A DNA stretch of 64,000 bases from Candidatus Micrarchaeia archaeon (GTDB lineage Archaea > Micrarchaeota > Micrarchaeia > Burarchaeales > JAVZCV01): contig JAVZCV010000002.1 of assembly GCA_038874215.1 (NCBI GenBank), positions 6,664 to 70,663 of the forward strand, given 5' to 3'. A program made the translations under genes and the position numbers. The notes beneath the pieces were generated by a model. It saw only the letters and a program-made list of their open reading frames with translations. It did not search any database and was not told the origin of the DNA. Positions 38,300 through 47,305 of this stretch are shown piece after piece (position 1 is the stretch's first letter; each line of letters starts with the position of its first letter).

Positions 38300-39088
38300 A
38301 TGATTGAAAGCTGCGTTTTTTGTGAGCGCAAATGCAGAGCAAACAGACTTCACGAGAGAGGCTTCTGCGGCGTTTCTTATGATGCACGCGTCTCATCCGC
38401 TTTCATCCATATGGGTGAGGAGAGCATGCTAATTCCGTCAGGCACGATATTCTTCTCCGGTTGTAATTTTAGGTGCTGCTTCTGCCAGAATTACGACATA
38501 AGCCAAAACCCAAGCGCAGGTAGGGTGTGGACTGCTGAAGAAATCGCATCGTGGATTGAAAACATAAAAGCGAAAAACATAAACCTCGTAGGCGGCGAGC
38601 CAACGCCCAACCTCCACATCATCCTTGATGCACTTGCCCTTTGCAAAAGAAACATTCCAATAATATGGAACTCAAACATGTACATGTCTTTGGAGGCGAT
38701 GGAACTCCTGAATGGAATCGTTGATTTATACCTCGCCGATTTCAAATACGGCAACAGCAAATGTGCTGAGAGGCTTTCATCGGCTCCCAACTACTTTGAG
38801 ATCGTATCAAGAAACCACCTAATCGCACAAGAACAGTGCGATGTTCTCATACGGCATCTCGTCCTGCCTGGTCATTTAGAGTGCTGTTCTAGACCAACAC
38901 TGAGATGGATCGTTGAAAACATGGATCCAGAAAAAACACACGTAAACATAATGAGGCAGTACAGGCCAGTTTACAAGGCGCATATGCACAAAGAAATAGA
39001 CCGCCTTCTCTCGGGCGACGAGTACTGGTCTGTTGTAGAATATGCTGAGAGGCTTGGGCTTGAGAACTACGAAATACAAGGGTTATGA
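38300..39088 (+). CDS. Radical SAM protein (PflX-like activating-enzyme family)
   Basis: The CxxxCxxC motif is FFSGCNFRCCFCQN. An N-terminal Cys cluster CVFCERKC is also present. Confidence 0.6.
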   Translation: MIESCVFCERKCRANRLHERGFCGVSYDARVSSAFIHMGEESMLIPSGTIFFSGCNFRCCFCQNYDISQNPSAGRVWTAEEIASWIENIKAKNINLVGGEPTPNLHIILDALALCKRNIPIIWNSNMYMSLEAMELLNGIVDLYLADFKYGNSKCAERLSSAPNYFEIVSRNHLIAQEQCDVLIRHLVLPGHLECCSRPTLRWIVENMDPEKTHVNIMRQYRPVYKAHMHKEIDRLLSGDEYWSVVEYAERLGLENYEIQGL

Positions 39089-39796
39089 CTACGTGAAGGG
39101 TGCCTCTATCAGCACAATGCTTACATACTCATTTCTTCTTTCCAAAACAAGTCGGCTTTCCTTGTCTATGATGGCTTTTTCTGTCCTCGCACCGCCACGA
39201 GCGGTATTCATCGTTATTCTCACATCGTATGCACTCCGTCCTTTGAAAGTAATCTCTGTCGCTCCGTAGTCCACCACATCAACAAGCTCATTACCCAGCC
39301 TTTCATATTTTGTGGTGATGTTCACCTGCCAACGCCATCCGTCATCAACGGCAAGCATCCATTCCTGAAAAAAATCAAGGCTTGTGTTTATAGGGACACC
39401 GCCAACATTTACGCCATCATATTTGCCATCCTCATAGACACATGCCCAGAAGCTTACATTCTGCCCTTCACCCGTTAGCTTCCCGCTTATGGGAGTGCAA
39501 ATACCCTTATCTAAAACATCAAACTCAACCCTGCTACTGCTGTTCAGCACCCTCATCTCGTAGGCATAATGTCCTTTTGGGGGCGAAAACTTCGCAACTT
39601 TTTTAAGAGGCGCCATTTTTACCTCCATTTTTATTTCTTTTGAATAATCATACGGAAAAAGCAGGAAATACCCTACCGTTACTGCGATAAGGAGAAAAAC
39701 GAAAATTGCCGGTATAAGAAGATCACGCCAGCCTATGCGGGAGAGTATTCCCTCCCTCTTCTTTTCTCCAGCTGGCTTTTCTACCTCCCCCATCAA
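39089..39796 (-). CDS. Hypothetical N-terminally anchored extracellular protein
   Basis: It has a TM helix near the N-terminus and no motif. It overlaps the upstream membrane-protein gene by 4 nt. Confidence 0.35.
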   Translation of the reverse strand: MMGEVEKPAGEKKREGILSRIGWRDLLIPAIFVFLLIAVTVGYFLLFPYDYSKEIKMEVKMAPLKKVAKFSPPKGHYAYEMRVLNSSSRVEFDVLDKGICTPISGKLTGEGQNVSFWACVYEDGKYDGVNVGGVPINTSLDFFQEWMLAVDDGWRWQVNITTKYERLGNELVDVVDYGATEITFKGRSAYDVRITMNTARGGARTEKAIIDKESRLVLERRNEYVSIVLIEAPFT

Positions 39797-40332
39797 ATCC
39801 CTTTTGAAACAACAGGCGATTGCATCTTTTGTTTATTTATGAATTCCATAAGCGCAGGGGTGAGCATGACGCTGAAGAGGCAGTTGGACAGAAGATGCAT
39901 GAGGGTGAAAGGAACTTGCGCCAAAGCCACATATTGCATGTATCCAAGTAAACCGAAAGAAGCCGCAAATGCCACCATTGTTATAACATCATAAACGACC
40001 GTAAGGGTAATGGCAATAACAACCAGCTCCACACTTTTTCTAAAAGGCTTCGGCATGAATAGCCCATACAAGCCCGCCAAAAAGCCAACCACCCCATAAG
40101 CGATACTCGTATAAACCGTCCACGGCCCAATCCAGAGAAGATTGACATCATAGAGCGCCCTTATCGCAAGCCCACCTACAAAGCCCCCCATCGGGCCATA
40201 TGCAAAGGCAACACTCAAAACGAAAGGCATGAGCATCTCAAAATTGGGCGGCGCTCCCGCAAATTTTAAGACTACGCCAAGAAATGCGCCAAAGAAAACA
40301 ATACCCGCAGCCGATATTGCCCCCCTGTCCAT
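39793..40332 (-). CDS. Small polytopic membrane protein (possibly ECF-type S-component-like)
   Basis: 5-6 TM helices, Gly-rich. Confidence 0.35.
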   Translation of the reverse strand: MDRGAISAAGIVFFGAFLGVVLKFAGAPPNFEMLMPFVLSVAFAYGPMGGFVGGLAIRALYDVNLLWIGPWTVYTSIAYGVVGFLAGLYGLFMPKPFRKSVELVVIAITLTVVYDVITMVAFAASFGLLGYMQYVALAQVPFTLMHLLSNCLFSVMLTPALMEFINKQKMQSPVVSKGI

Positions 40333-40391
40333 GCATCCCTATTATGCATTCGCATATTTAAAATCTACCCAATATATCCAACCGTGGTTCA

Positions 40392-40784
40392 ATGGGCTTC
40401 AAAATATCGCCTGCACCCGACGTAGAGGAAATGGCGAAGTCAATCGTAACAGTTCTTCCAGAATTTTCACATATAAACAACAGCCGTGTTTTCTATGTGC
40501 GGAGCACGGGCTCAAAAGCACGCGCATACGCAAGAATATGGGAACTTCCTTCAATATGGCAGAATGTCCTTAGCATAGGGCCGTACTACATAATTGAAGT
40601 CCTCTCACAGAATTTTGACAAACTGCCTGCTGAAGAAAAAACAAAAGTGATAATACACGAGCTTCTTCACATTCCCAAAACATTCAGCGGCTCAATAAAG
40701 CCCCATAGATGCTTCAAAGATAGGATAGACAGGAAAATCGTCAATAGGCTTTATGAAAAATACGTTGCGCTACTTTCACAGTGA
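40392..40784 (+). CDS. Putative zinc metallopeptidase (HExxH)
   Basis: ...KVIIHELLHIPKTF... is an HExxH zincin motif in a ~130-aa protein. Confidence 0.45.
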   Translation: MGFKISPAPDVEEMAKSIVTVLPEFSHINNSRVFYVRSTGSKARAYARIWELPSIWQNVLSIGPYYIIEVLSQNFDKLPAEEKTKVIIHELLHIPKTFSGSIKPHRCFKDRIDRKIVNRLYEKYVALLSQ

Positions 40785-40786
40785 AT

Positions 40787-41530
40787 TCACCTAAGTCGCT
40801 CAAAGCTCTCTGTTTCGTATACCTGTTCGTTTGGATATATCGCGATGCCTTTTTCAGTAAACCTCATAGGGCATATTCTCTGCTCAAAATTCGTGCCCCT
40901 TAACTTTATCACTTCAAGCGCCCTCTGCCTTACATTTCCCTTCCGAAGATTATACAGATATATGAGACCATCCGTAAGCGTTTCCACCCCAAAGCGTGCG
41001 CGGGGTTGGCCCGCTTTGGTAGTGCTTTCAGAGGTCATCACAATAGTGCAATTCCACCTCCTCAATTTTCCAAGAAGCCTAACGAGCTCCTCCCTCCTTC
41101 TGTGTTCTGTCTCATAAAGTAGAGCAAGGGATGTTACCGAGTCTATCGCTACCCTTCTAACGCCGTGCTCGTCTATCGCATCCTTAATGAGTGTCTCCTG
41201 GTTTACGAACCTATCAACTTCCTGTGGCGGATACTCATAAAAAAGCAACTTCTTCTGCTTTTCAAGCTCATGAAGGTTCCACCCATAGCCTTTAAGGTTG
41301 TCAAAAAGGTAATCCCTCTCTTCCTCAAAAGATACGTAGAGGCCTGGCTCGTTGTATCTTGTTATGCCCGCCCATATGAACTGCATGGCAAACGTTGTTT
41401 TGCCGCAACCACTATCCCCCGTAATCGTTATTATGCTACCTCTCTTGAAGCCCCCACTTATTATTTCGTCAAGCCCAGGTATCCCTGTTTTTACCCTCTC
41501 ATCACCCACCATCATACCACCTATCCTCAT
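40787..41530 (-). CDS. KaiC/RecA-like ATPase (single KaiC domain)
   Basis: ...GIPGLDEIISGGFKRGSIITITGDSGCGKTTFAMQF... is Walker A in a KaiC-type N-terminus. Confidence 0.75.
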   Translation of the reverse strand: MRIGGMMVGDERVKTGIPGLDEIISGGFKRGSIITITGDSGCGKTTFAMQFIWAGITRYNEPGLYVSFEEERDYLFDNLKGYGWNLHELEKQKKLLFYEYPPQEVDRFVNQETLIKDAIDEHGVRRVAIDSVTSLALLYETEHRRREELVRLLGKLRRWNCTIVMTSESTTKAGQPRARFGVETLTDGLIYLYNLRKGNVRQRALEVIKLRGTNFEQRICPMRFTEKGIAIYPNEQVYETESFERLR

Positions 41531-41600
41531 TCGGATAAACAGATATAAAAATGTTGGGAAACCGCCGCATCACAATAAGCAATTTCATAATGCACATAAA

Positions 41601-42539
41601 CTAATCCAACAATGCATCAACGAACCACTCAGGGTTGAATTCAACAAGCGCATCATACTCCTGACCCGTGCCAATGTATGCGATGGGGAATCCAGCATCG
41701 CAAACAGACAAAATAGTGCCTCCTTTTACATCGCAGTCTATCTTCGTCAGTATGGCGGCATCAACCCCCACCGCCTTATCAAGCTCCTTTATCTGGCTCA
41801 CTACCGCATTACCAGCCAATGCTTCCCCAACAAAAATTTTTAGGTCTGGTTTTGCCACGCGGGCTATCTTCCTCATTTCCTCAAGCAAGTTTCTGTTTGT
41901 TTCCTGCCTGCCCGCTGTATCTATAAGAACTACATCTATCCCGCGTGCCTTCGCTCTCTCTATAGCATCAAATGCTATGGCGGCAGGGTCAGAGCCATAG
42001 CTATGCCTTATTATGCCTACACCAAGCCTCCTGCCATGCTCCTCTATCTGCTCTATCGCCGCCGCCCTAAAAGTATCCGAAGCCGCTATTATGCACCTAT
42101 AACCCTTTCGGCCGAGCATATACGCAAATTTTGCTATCGTTGTTGTTTTTCCAGCGCCGTTCGGTCCGATAAAAAGAATTACATACGGGCTTTTTTCTAT
42201 CCTCAGCTCATATTTTTTCGTAATGGAAAGGAGAGAGTTTCTCACGACTTCCTGGACAAACTCCCTTATCGTGTTTTTCTCAACACGCTTTCCAACCAAC
42301 CCCTCCTTTATTATTCCCGTTATCCTCTCTGCTGTTTCATGGGCAACATCTGCCTCAAGCAGTGAGAGCATAAGTTTTTCCAAGTAGGTTGCAACATCCC
42401 TTTCTTTTATCTCTACCTCTTTGCTTAATATGCTCGTAAGTTTTGTTTGCATACTTAACTCTAACTCTATCTCCTTTTCTTCTGCTTTTACGAAGGAGCT
42501 AGCGAACTCTGCTATCCTGCTCTTCAGAATTTCGAACAT
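41601..42539 (-). CDS. ftsY: Signal recognition particle receptor FtsY
   Basis: The SRP-GTPase NG domain has GPNGAGKTTT, DTFRAAA, DTAGR and TKIDCD. There is no M domain. Confidence 0.9.
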   Translation of the reverse strand: MFEILKSRIAEFASSFVKAEEKEIELELSMQTKLTSILSKEVEIKERDVATYLEKLMLSLLEADVAHETAERITGIIKEGLVGKRVEKNTIREFVQEVVRNSLLSITKKYELRIEKSPYVILFIGPNGAGKTTTIAKFAYMLGRKGYRCIIAASDTFRAAAIEQIEEHGRRLGVGIIRHSYGSDPAAIAFDAIERAKARGIDVVLIDTAGRQETNRNLLEEMRKIARVAKPDLKIFVGEALAGNAVVSQIKELDKAVGVDAAILTKIDCDVKGGTILSVCDAGFPIAYIGTGQEYDALVEFNPEWFVDALLD

Positions 42540-42978
42540 CCTTCATCTTCTCTAAAAGCTTTCTTGTACTTCTATCTATCTCCTGTAATCTGCCAGCCGT
42601 CTCCGCCATTCTCTTTTCTATCATATCCTGCATTTCCTCAAGCTCCTTCTTCTTCTTAACCAAGAACTCCTCTGTTTCCTCCTTCGTCTTTGCAACAATA
42701 ACATTTGCGCCAACATTGACGAGGAACGAGTTTGCATCAACATCGCTGACCTTCACGTATACCCCTGAACCCATATGGAAAAGATTTTTTTTAGACCCAA
42801 GCTTCCTCAACGCCTCCACGCTCCCCTCTATCTCTGCAATCTTCATGGATACGGCACTAAGCTGCCTCCTTAATACCTCACCCTGTTGCTGATATGCCTG
42901 TGCTTCATAAGCAAGCCTGGAAAGCTCCTCTTCATCGGACGTTTTTTCCAACTGCTCACCCCCTAGCTCTTTCCACAC
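42499..42978 (-). CDS. pfdA: Prefoldin alpha subunit
   Basis: Coiled-coil / beta-hairpin (...MGSGVYVKVSDVDANSFLVNVGANVIV...) / coiled-coil layout. The operon position is before ftsY. Confidence 0.7.
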   Translation of the reverse strand: MWKELGGEQLEKTSDEEELSRLAYEAQAYQQQGEVLRRQLSAVSMKIAEIEGSVEALRKLGSKKNLFHMGSGVYVKVSDVDANSFLVNVGANVIVAKTKEETEEFLVKKKKELEEMQDMIEKRMAETAGRLQEIDRSTRKLLEKMKDVRNSEEQDSRVR

Positions 42979-43135
42979 CCTCTATTTTTATCATGCTCCT
43001 TTTCAACCTGCTTCTACTTCCCATCTCTGCAAGCGCAACATCAACAGCATGCTTCTCATTCTTTGCATCAACTACGATATTAAACTCCCTCTTTTTTCCC
43101 ATCTTGCTCATTCTACCGATTATTCTGAATTTCAT
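42956..43135 (-). CDS. rplX: Ribosomal protein LX (L20a), 59 aa. Not in the ORF track.
   Basis: My manual translation is MKFRIIGRMSKMGKKREFNIVVDAKNEKHAVDVALAEMGSRSRLKRSMIKIEGVERARG. It lies in the conserved position between aIF6 and prefoldin-alpha. Confidence 0.65.
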   Translation of the reverse strand: MKFRIIGRMSKMGKKREFNIVVDAKNEKHAVDVALAEMGSRSRLKRSMIKIEGVERARG

Positions 43136-43145
43136 AGTATCCCCC

Positions 43146-43502
43146 TCATAGTATTGGCGTGCCTGCCTTCACATCTTTATCTACTGTTACCAATGATATT
43201 ATGCCTTCCGCATCACTTACTGCTGCGAGTAGCATGCCCTCAGAAAGTACGCCTCGCACATTTCTCGGCTCTAAGTTTTTAACGAGTATTATCTTTTTTC
43301 CTATCAGTTCGTCTGGCGTGTAGTGCTTTGCTATGCCCGCAACTATCTGCCTGCTACTGTTCCCCACATCCAGCGAGAGTTTAAGGAGTTTCTCCGCGCC
43401 CACGATTTTTTCCGCACTCTTTATCTCAGCAACTACAAGTTCAATTTTCTTGAAATCCTCATACGTTGCCATTCCATCACCTCTCATATAAACCCAAGGC
43501 AC
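43146..43502 (-). CDS. tRNA-binding domain protein (Trbp111/CsaA/EMAP-like OB fold)
   Basis: ...FKKIELVVAEIKSAEKIVGAEKLLKLSLDVGNSSRQIVAGIAKHYTPDELIGKKIILVKNLEPRNVRGVLSEGMLLAA... matches the Myf/Trbp111 domain. Confidence 0.7.
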   Translation of the reverse strand: MPWVYMRGDGMATYEDFKKIELVVAEIKSAEKIVGAEKLLKLSLDVGNSSRQIVAGIAKHYTPDELIGKKIILVKNLEPRNVRGVLSEGMLLAAVSDAEGIISLVTVDKDVKAGTPIL

Positions 43503-44146
43503 TCGTCTATCCTATGCATTTCAAAGCCGCTCGTTCCTTCCCCTACAACATAACCCTTTGAGTTTGCTATCATCCCAAGCGCAACAAACGGAATACCCAT
43601 ATTTATTGTTCCTATGCCAGAACGCACACCAAGTATCCCCTCAACAGCCCTCAATTCCTCATCACTTGCGTTGTTGTGCAATATAGCACCCCTGTTGGTT
43701 GCAACACAACAACTGCCAACCGTTTTATACCCCGCTATGCTCATCCTCTCCATCTCAACCCCTAGGCAATCGCTTATACCCTTTACTTCGTTGAGGGGTA
43801 CTGACTGGTTTACTATCCCCCCCTTATCGTTTGCGCAAATGTTCATGCCCACAGCACAGTATTTTGATTTAATTACATAAACGTTCAGCCCAGTTTTTCT
43901 CACCCTATTAATCTCTCCTTTCGTTACAAATGGTGGCAGTATTATGCCGTTTGAATTCATAACCGCATAAATCCCTATAAGGTCGCTGTTTCCAATACTC
44001 ATCTGAAACATCTCTGTTCCGAGCGCCTTGCAAGCATCTATAAACTTGCGATGGGCGTTTTCGCCGATTATCGTTATCTCATCATTCGTTTCAGCGAAAA
44101 GCCCGACTGCATCGTTCCCCCAAACCGACACCTTTCTAAAATGCAA
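43484..44146 (-). CDS. eif6: Translation initiation factor 6 (aIF6)
   Basis: Pentameric repeat pattern ...SIGNSDLIGIYAVMNSNGIILP... in 220 aa. Confidence 0.85.
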   Translation of the reverse strand: MHFRKVSVWGNDAVGLFAETNDEITIIGENAHRKFIDACKALGTEMFQMSIGNSDLIGIYAVMNSNGIILPPFVTKGEINRVRKTGLNVYVIKSKYCAVGMNICANDKGGIVNQSVPLNEVKGISDCLGVEMERMSIAGYKTVGSCCVATNRGAILHNNASDEELRAVEGILGVRSGIGTINMGIPFVALGMIANSKGYVVGEGTSGFEMHRIDECLGFI

Positions 44147-44512
44147 TCACTCACTCCCCGTTTTTTTGCTTTCCTCCCCTCTCTCTGGTTTTGTAGTCTG
44201 CTCTGTATCCTTTACTTCTCCTCCCCTACTCTTCTCCTCTTTAATTTTTTTCTCTGATTTAACGTCAGCAAGCCTCACGTTCACATAGCCCTCCTCCACA
44301 GATACCATTACTTTTACTCTTCTGGGTGGTTTCTTCATACCGCGGCTAAAAACATACTCCCCGATTTTGCCATCAATTCTAACTGCGTCTTCCTTCACTT
44401 TCATGTGCCTTGCTACTCCCACCCTGATTATTTCTATCGCCTTTCTCGCTCTCTTAGTTCTGGGCTGTTCGTAAGCGGAAGAAAGCGTTAAAGTGTAAAC
44501 TCTCTCTTTCAA
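44147..44512 (-). CDS. rpl31e: Ribosomal protein L31e
   Basis: MKERVYTLTLSSAYEQPRTKRARKAIEIIRVGVARHMKV... The stop is contiguous with the eif6 start. Confidence 0.85.
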   Translation of the reverse strand: MKERVYTLTLSSAYEQPRTKRARKAIEIIRVGVARHMKVKEDAVRIDGKIGEYVFSRGMKKPPRRVKVMVSVEEGYVNVRLADVKSEKKIKEEKSRGGEVKDTEQTTKPERGEESKKTGSE

Positions 44513-44520
44513 ACAACCAC

Positions 44521-44682
44521 CTACTCCAACTTCAATTTCAGTTTTCTCGCCCTCCAGTTTCTTGCCTTGACGTTTCTTTTTACCTTTCTATTCGTTTTCG
44601 CCATCACAAAAATCGGAACCCTTCTATTCTGCCTCAATTTCTTGCCCAGCCTTGCTTTTTTTTCAGCGCTTTTCTTCCCCAC
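44521..44682 (-). CDS. rpl39e: Ribosomal protein L39e, 53 aa, GTG start. Not in the ORF track.
   Basis: My manual translation is (M)[52 protein letters not shown], matching the L39e ...KQNRRVPvWVm.KTNR...RRHWRR.KLK signature. Confidence 0.65.
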   Translation of the reverse strand: MGKKSAEKKARLGKKLRQNRRVPIFVMAKTNRKVKRNVKARNWRARKLKLKLE

Positions 44683-44691
44683 CAAACCACC

Positions 44692-44997
44692 CTACTTCCT
44701 CCTTATCTCTATTCTCGTCTCTTTTTTAGTGCTAACGCGCGAAAGCAAATCTAAAAGCTTTTCATTGCTTATCTTGCCTCTAAGTTGGTTTGATTGTATC
44801 AGATATGCGATAAGCGATACAACCTGATTATACAATTCCGGGTTTGCAATCCTAACGTTCATCATTCTCTCGTATGCATCTGCTTCAAGCGCAGACTTAA
44901 GAATGAGCTTCCTCTGCTCTTCCATAGCAATCTCTTTTTGCAATCTCTCAATTTTTTTTCTTCTTAATTCCTCTATGTCCACCATTTCTGCACCCAT
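44692..44997 (-). CDS. PDCD5/TFAR19-like dsDNA-binding protein
   Basis: ...ALEADAYERMMNVRIANPELYNQVVSLIAYLIQSNQLRGKISNEKLLDLL... is PDCD5-like. It sits in its usual place upstream of L39e. Confidence 0.65.
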   Translation of the reverse strand: MGAEMVDIEELRRKKIERLQKEIAMEEQRKLILKSALEADAYERMMNVRIANPELYNQVVSLIAYLIQSNQLRGKISNEKLLDLLSRVSTKKETRIEIRRK

Positions 44998-45419
44998 TAC
45001 TTCGCTACATTCTTTATTGCTGCAGAAACCTCATTCAAAAAAGATATTCCTTTTTCTGTTAGCATTCTGCCATTTTTTGTCTTTTTTACAAAACCTATTT
45101 TTTCAAGCTGTTGCAACCCCATCCTTATTATTTTACCCCCAGCCTTCCCATGCCTCTCCGACCTACTTCCATGCTTTACCCTTCCGCCGTATGCCTTCCT
45201 AAAATCACCAACACCCATCGCACCGTTAACATACATCTTTCTGAGCATGGATGCGCAGCGAATATACCAGAAGTTCTTTTGTTCCGGAGCCCTCTCCCTA
45301 TGCGCACCGCTCTTTACGAATGAAAGCCATTGCGGTGCCTTAATTTCCCCGATTCCTTCAAGCCTCCTCGCAGTTTCCTCTATCAGCCTCTTTGCTGGAA
45401 CATCATACGGCGTTACCAT
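44997..45419 (-). CDS. rps19e: Ribosomal protein S19e
   Basis: MVTPYDVPAKRLIEETARRLEGIGEIKAPQWLSFVKSGAHRERAP... is present. 140 aa. Confidence 0.9.
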   Translation of the reverse strand: MVTPYDVPAKRLIEETARRLEGIGEIKAPQWLSFVKSGAHRERAPEQKNFWYIRCASMLRKMYVNGAMGVGDFRKAYGGRVKHGSRSERHGKAGGKIIRMGLQQLEKIGFVKKTKNGRMLTEKGISFLNEVSAAIKNVAK

Positions 45420-45428
45420 ATGCCCACC

Positions 45429-45734
45429 TCACTTGTAACCAAATCGCCTTTTTGCTCCACATTCACACACATACTCAACAACCCCTCTGCGAGGTAAGAG
45501 TCTAACACTCGCATTATAGCCTGGGATCAAAAAGGCATTACACTTTTTGCACAATCGCCTTTTTATCGTTTTCGGAATTCTGACGTTATACCTCCTCTCT
45601 ATTTTTCTTGCCAGTTCAACATAGCGTTTGCTTCTCTTTGGGTTCGTTTTGGCGTTTTCTTTGGCAAGGGAGCAGAGTATGGCGATCCTCTCCTTTGCAA
45701 TCGCCTTAACAATCGTCCGCCTGTTCGCCCCCAC
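45429..45734 (-). CDS. rnp4: RNase P protein subunit Rpp21/Rpr2 (Rnp4). Probable GTG start so that it does not overlap the tRNA.
   Basis: ...AKERIAILCSLAKEN...RYVELARKIERRYNVRIPKTIKRRLCKKCNAFLIPGYNASVRLL...YVCECG is a Zn ribbon. The track ORF extends into the tRNA gene. Confidence 0.7.
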   Translation of the reverse strand: MGANRRTIVKAIAKERIAILCSLAKENAKTNPKRSKRYVELARKIERRYNVRIPKTIKRRLCKKCNAFLIPGYNASVRLLPRRGVVEYVCECGAKRRFGYK

Positions 45735-45765
45735 TTCTACTCCCTTGTCTACGTAAAAGCAAACA

Positions 45766-45913
45766 TGGGCCCGGAGGGATTTCCGCAACCTTCATTCGAA
45801 CCCTCGACCTACAGCTGTCGCAAGCGCATGTGCTAGAGTGCGCCATATAAGACATGCGTACCGAAAGGCAAGGCATTTCGGTATGCCGCTCTAGCCAGCT
45901 GAGCTACGGGCCC
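45766..45913 (-). tRNA. Long (148-nt) intron-containing tRNA gene. Isotype unresolved, and it could be a disrupted gene.
   Basis: The - strand reads GGGCCCG-TA-GCTC-AGCTGGCTA-GAGC-G...[~76 nt]...AGGTC-GAGGG-TTCGAA[TGAAGGTTGCGGAA]T-CCCTC-CGGGCCC-A. The acceptor, D and T arms are perfect and nearly identical to the tRNA-Lys at 19.8 kb, including a 14-nt T-loop insertion at the same place. About 59 extra nt sit in the anticodon region. They form an 11-bp hairpin (GCATACCGAAA/TTTCGGTACGC) and a second helix (CGCATG/CATGCG). Confidence 0.55.
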
Positions 45914-46000
45914 ATATCTTTTCTAATTAAAATAAAATTATAAGCGCATCGGTTGTTCTAATACCTAAATCGTTTTATTTCTCACATTCGGAGCTGCTTT

Positions 46001-47305
46001 ATGGACCTTGGGCAAAGTCTCAGGAATGCACTTGCAAAAATAACGGGCGCAGCGCTTGTAGACGAAAAAGCAGTGAATTCCCTTGTCAAGGAGCTCCAAA
46101 GGCTTCTAATAAGCGCCGATGTAAGCGTATCGCTTGTTTTTGAGCTTTCGGAGAGAATACGCAGGCGCGCCCTTTCCGAGCAGATACCCCCAAGCATATC
46201 CCGCAAGGAGCACATAGTTCGTGTCGTGTATGATGAGCTCGTTTCTCTTATGGGCGAGAAATACGAGTGCAGGCTTGGGCCGCAAAAAATACTTGTAGTG
46301 GGATTATATGGGAGCGGCAAGACAACGACATGCGGGAAGCTTGCGAACTTCTATAAATCCCGCGGTCTTTCAGTCCTTCTTGTATGTGCTGATGTATCAA
46401 GACCCGCAGCCTACGAACAGCTTAAACAGCTCGCAGAAAAATGCGGGGTAGCGTTCTATGGCGAAAAGGAAAATACCAACGCGACTCACATAGTCCGAAA
46501 TGCGCTCAGTGTTGCAAATCAGGACGTTATAATAGTGGATTCATCTGGAAGAAACGCGATTGAAGATGAGCTCGCAAAAGAGCTGCGTGAAATAGGCGAT
46601 GTACTAAAACCAGACGAGTGTTTCCTCGTTGTCAGCGCTGATATTGGACAGGTTGCAGCAAAGCAGGCAAAGGCATTCAATGCTGCCGTTGGAATAACGG
46701 GCGTAATCGTTACAAAGATGGATGGCAGCGCAAAAGGGGGGGGCGCTCTAAGTGCTGTTGCCGCAAGCGGCTCAAAAATAGCGTTCATGGGAACGGGCGA
46801 AAAAATCTCAGATATTGAGGTTTTCGACGCTAAAAAATATGTAGGCAGGCTTCTCGGTTTCCCTGATATAGAAGCGCTGCTTGAGCGTGTGAAGGAGGCT
46901 TCAAAAGAGTTAGACGAAAGCATGCTTGAAGAGAAGTTCACTCTAAACACTTTCTACAAGCAAATGAAAGCGGCAAAGAGCATGGGACCGCTAAAGAATA
47001 TCTTCTCAATGCTTGGTTTATCAGACCTGCCAGAAGAAGTCTTATCACAGAGTGAGGAGAAACTTAGAAAGTACGAGAGCATAATACTGTCAATGACTCC
47101 CGAGGAGCGTGAGAATGCCCTTCTTGTAAAGAAGAGCAGGAGCAGAATTGAAAGAATAGCAAAGGGTTCGGGCAGGAGTGTTGATGACGTAAAGGCTCTG
47201 CTCCAGGAATTTGAAAGAATTGAAAAAATGCTAAATGCGATTAAGAAGAACAGAGGGATGAGGCGGAAGTTTGAGAAAATGCTCGGGACGAAACTCGGTG
47301 GTTGA
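46001..47305 (+). CDS. srp54: Signal recognition particle protein SRP54 (Ffh)
   Basis: The NG domain has GLYGSGKTTT, DVSRPAA, DSSGR and TKMDGS. A C-terminal Met-rich M domain is present. 434 aa. Confidence 0.95.
   Translation: MDLGQSLRNALAKITGAALVDEKAVNSLVKELQRLLISADVSVSLVFELSERIRRRALSEQIPPSISRKEHIVRVVYDELVSLMGEKYECRLGPQKILVVGLYGSGKTTTCGKLANFYKSRGLSVLLVCADVSRPAAYEQLKQLAEKCGVAFYGEKENTNATHIVRNALSVANQDVIIVDSSGRNAIEDELAKELREIGDVLKPDECFLVVSADIGQVAAKQAKAFNAAVGITGVIVTKMDGSAKGGGALSAVAASGSKIAFMGTGEKISDIEVFDAKKYVGRLLGFPDIEALLERVKEASKELDESMLEEKFTLNTFYKQMKAAKSMGPLKNIFSMLGLSDLPEEVLSQSEEKLRKYESIILSMTPEERENALLVKKSRSRIERIAKGSGRSVDDVKALLQEFERIEKMLNAIKKNRGMRRKFEKMLGTKLGG

Noticed and set aside
45735-45788. 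N-terminal 18 codons of the Rpp21 track ORF
   Set aside because: They would overlap the 3' end of the tRNA gene (45766..45913). An in-frame GTG at 45734 gives a normal-length Rpp21.
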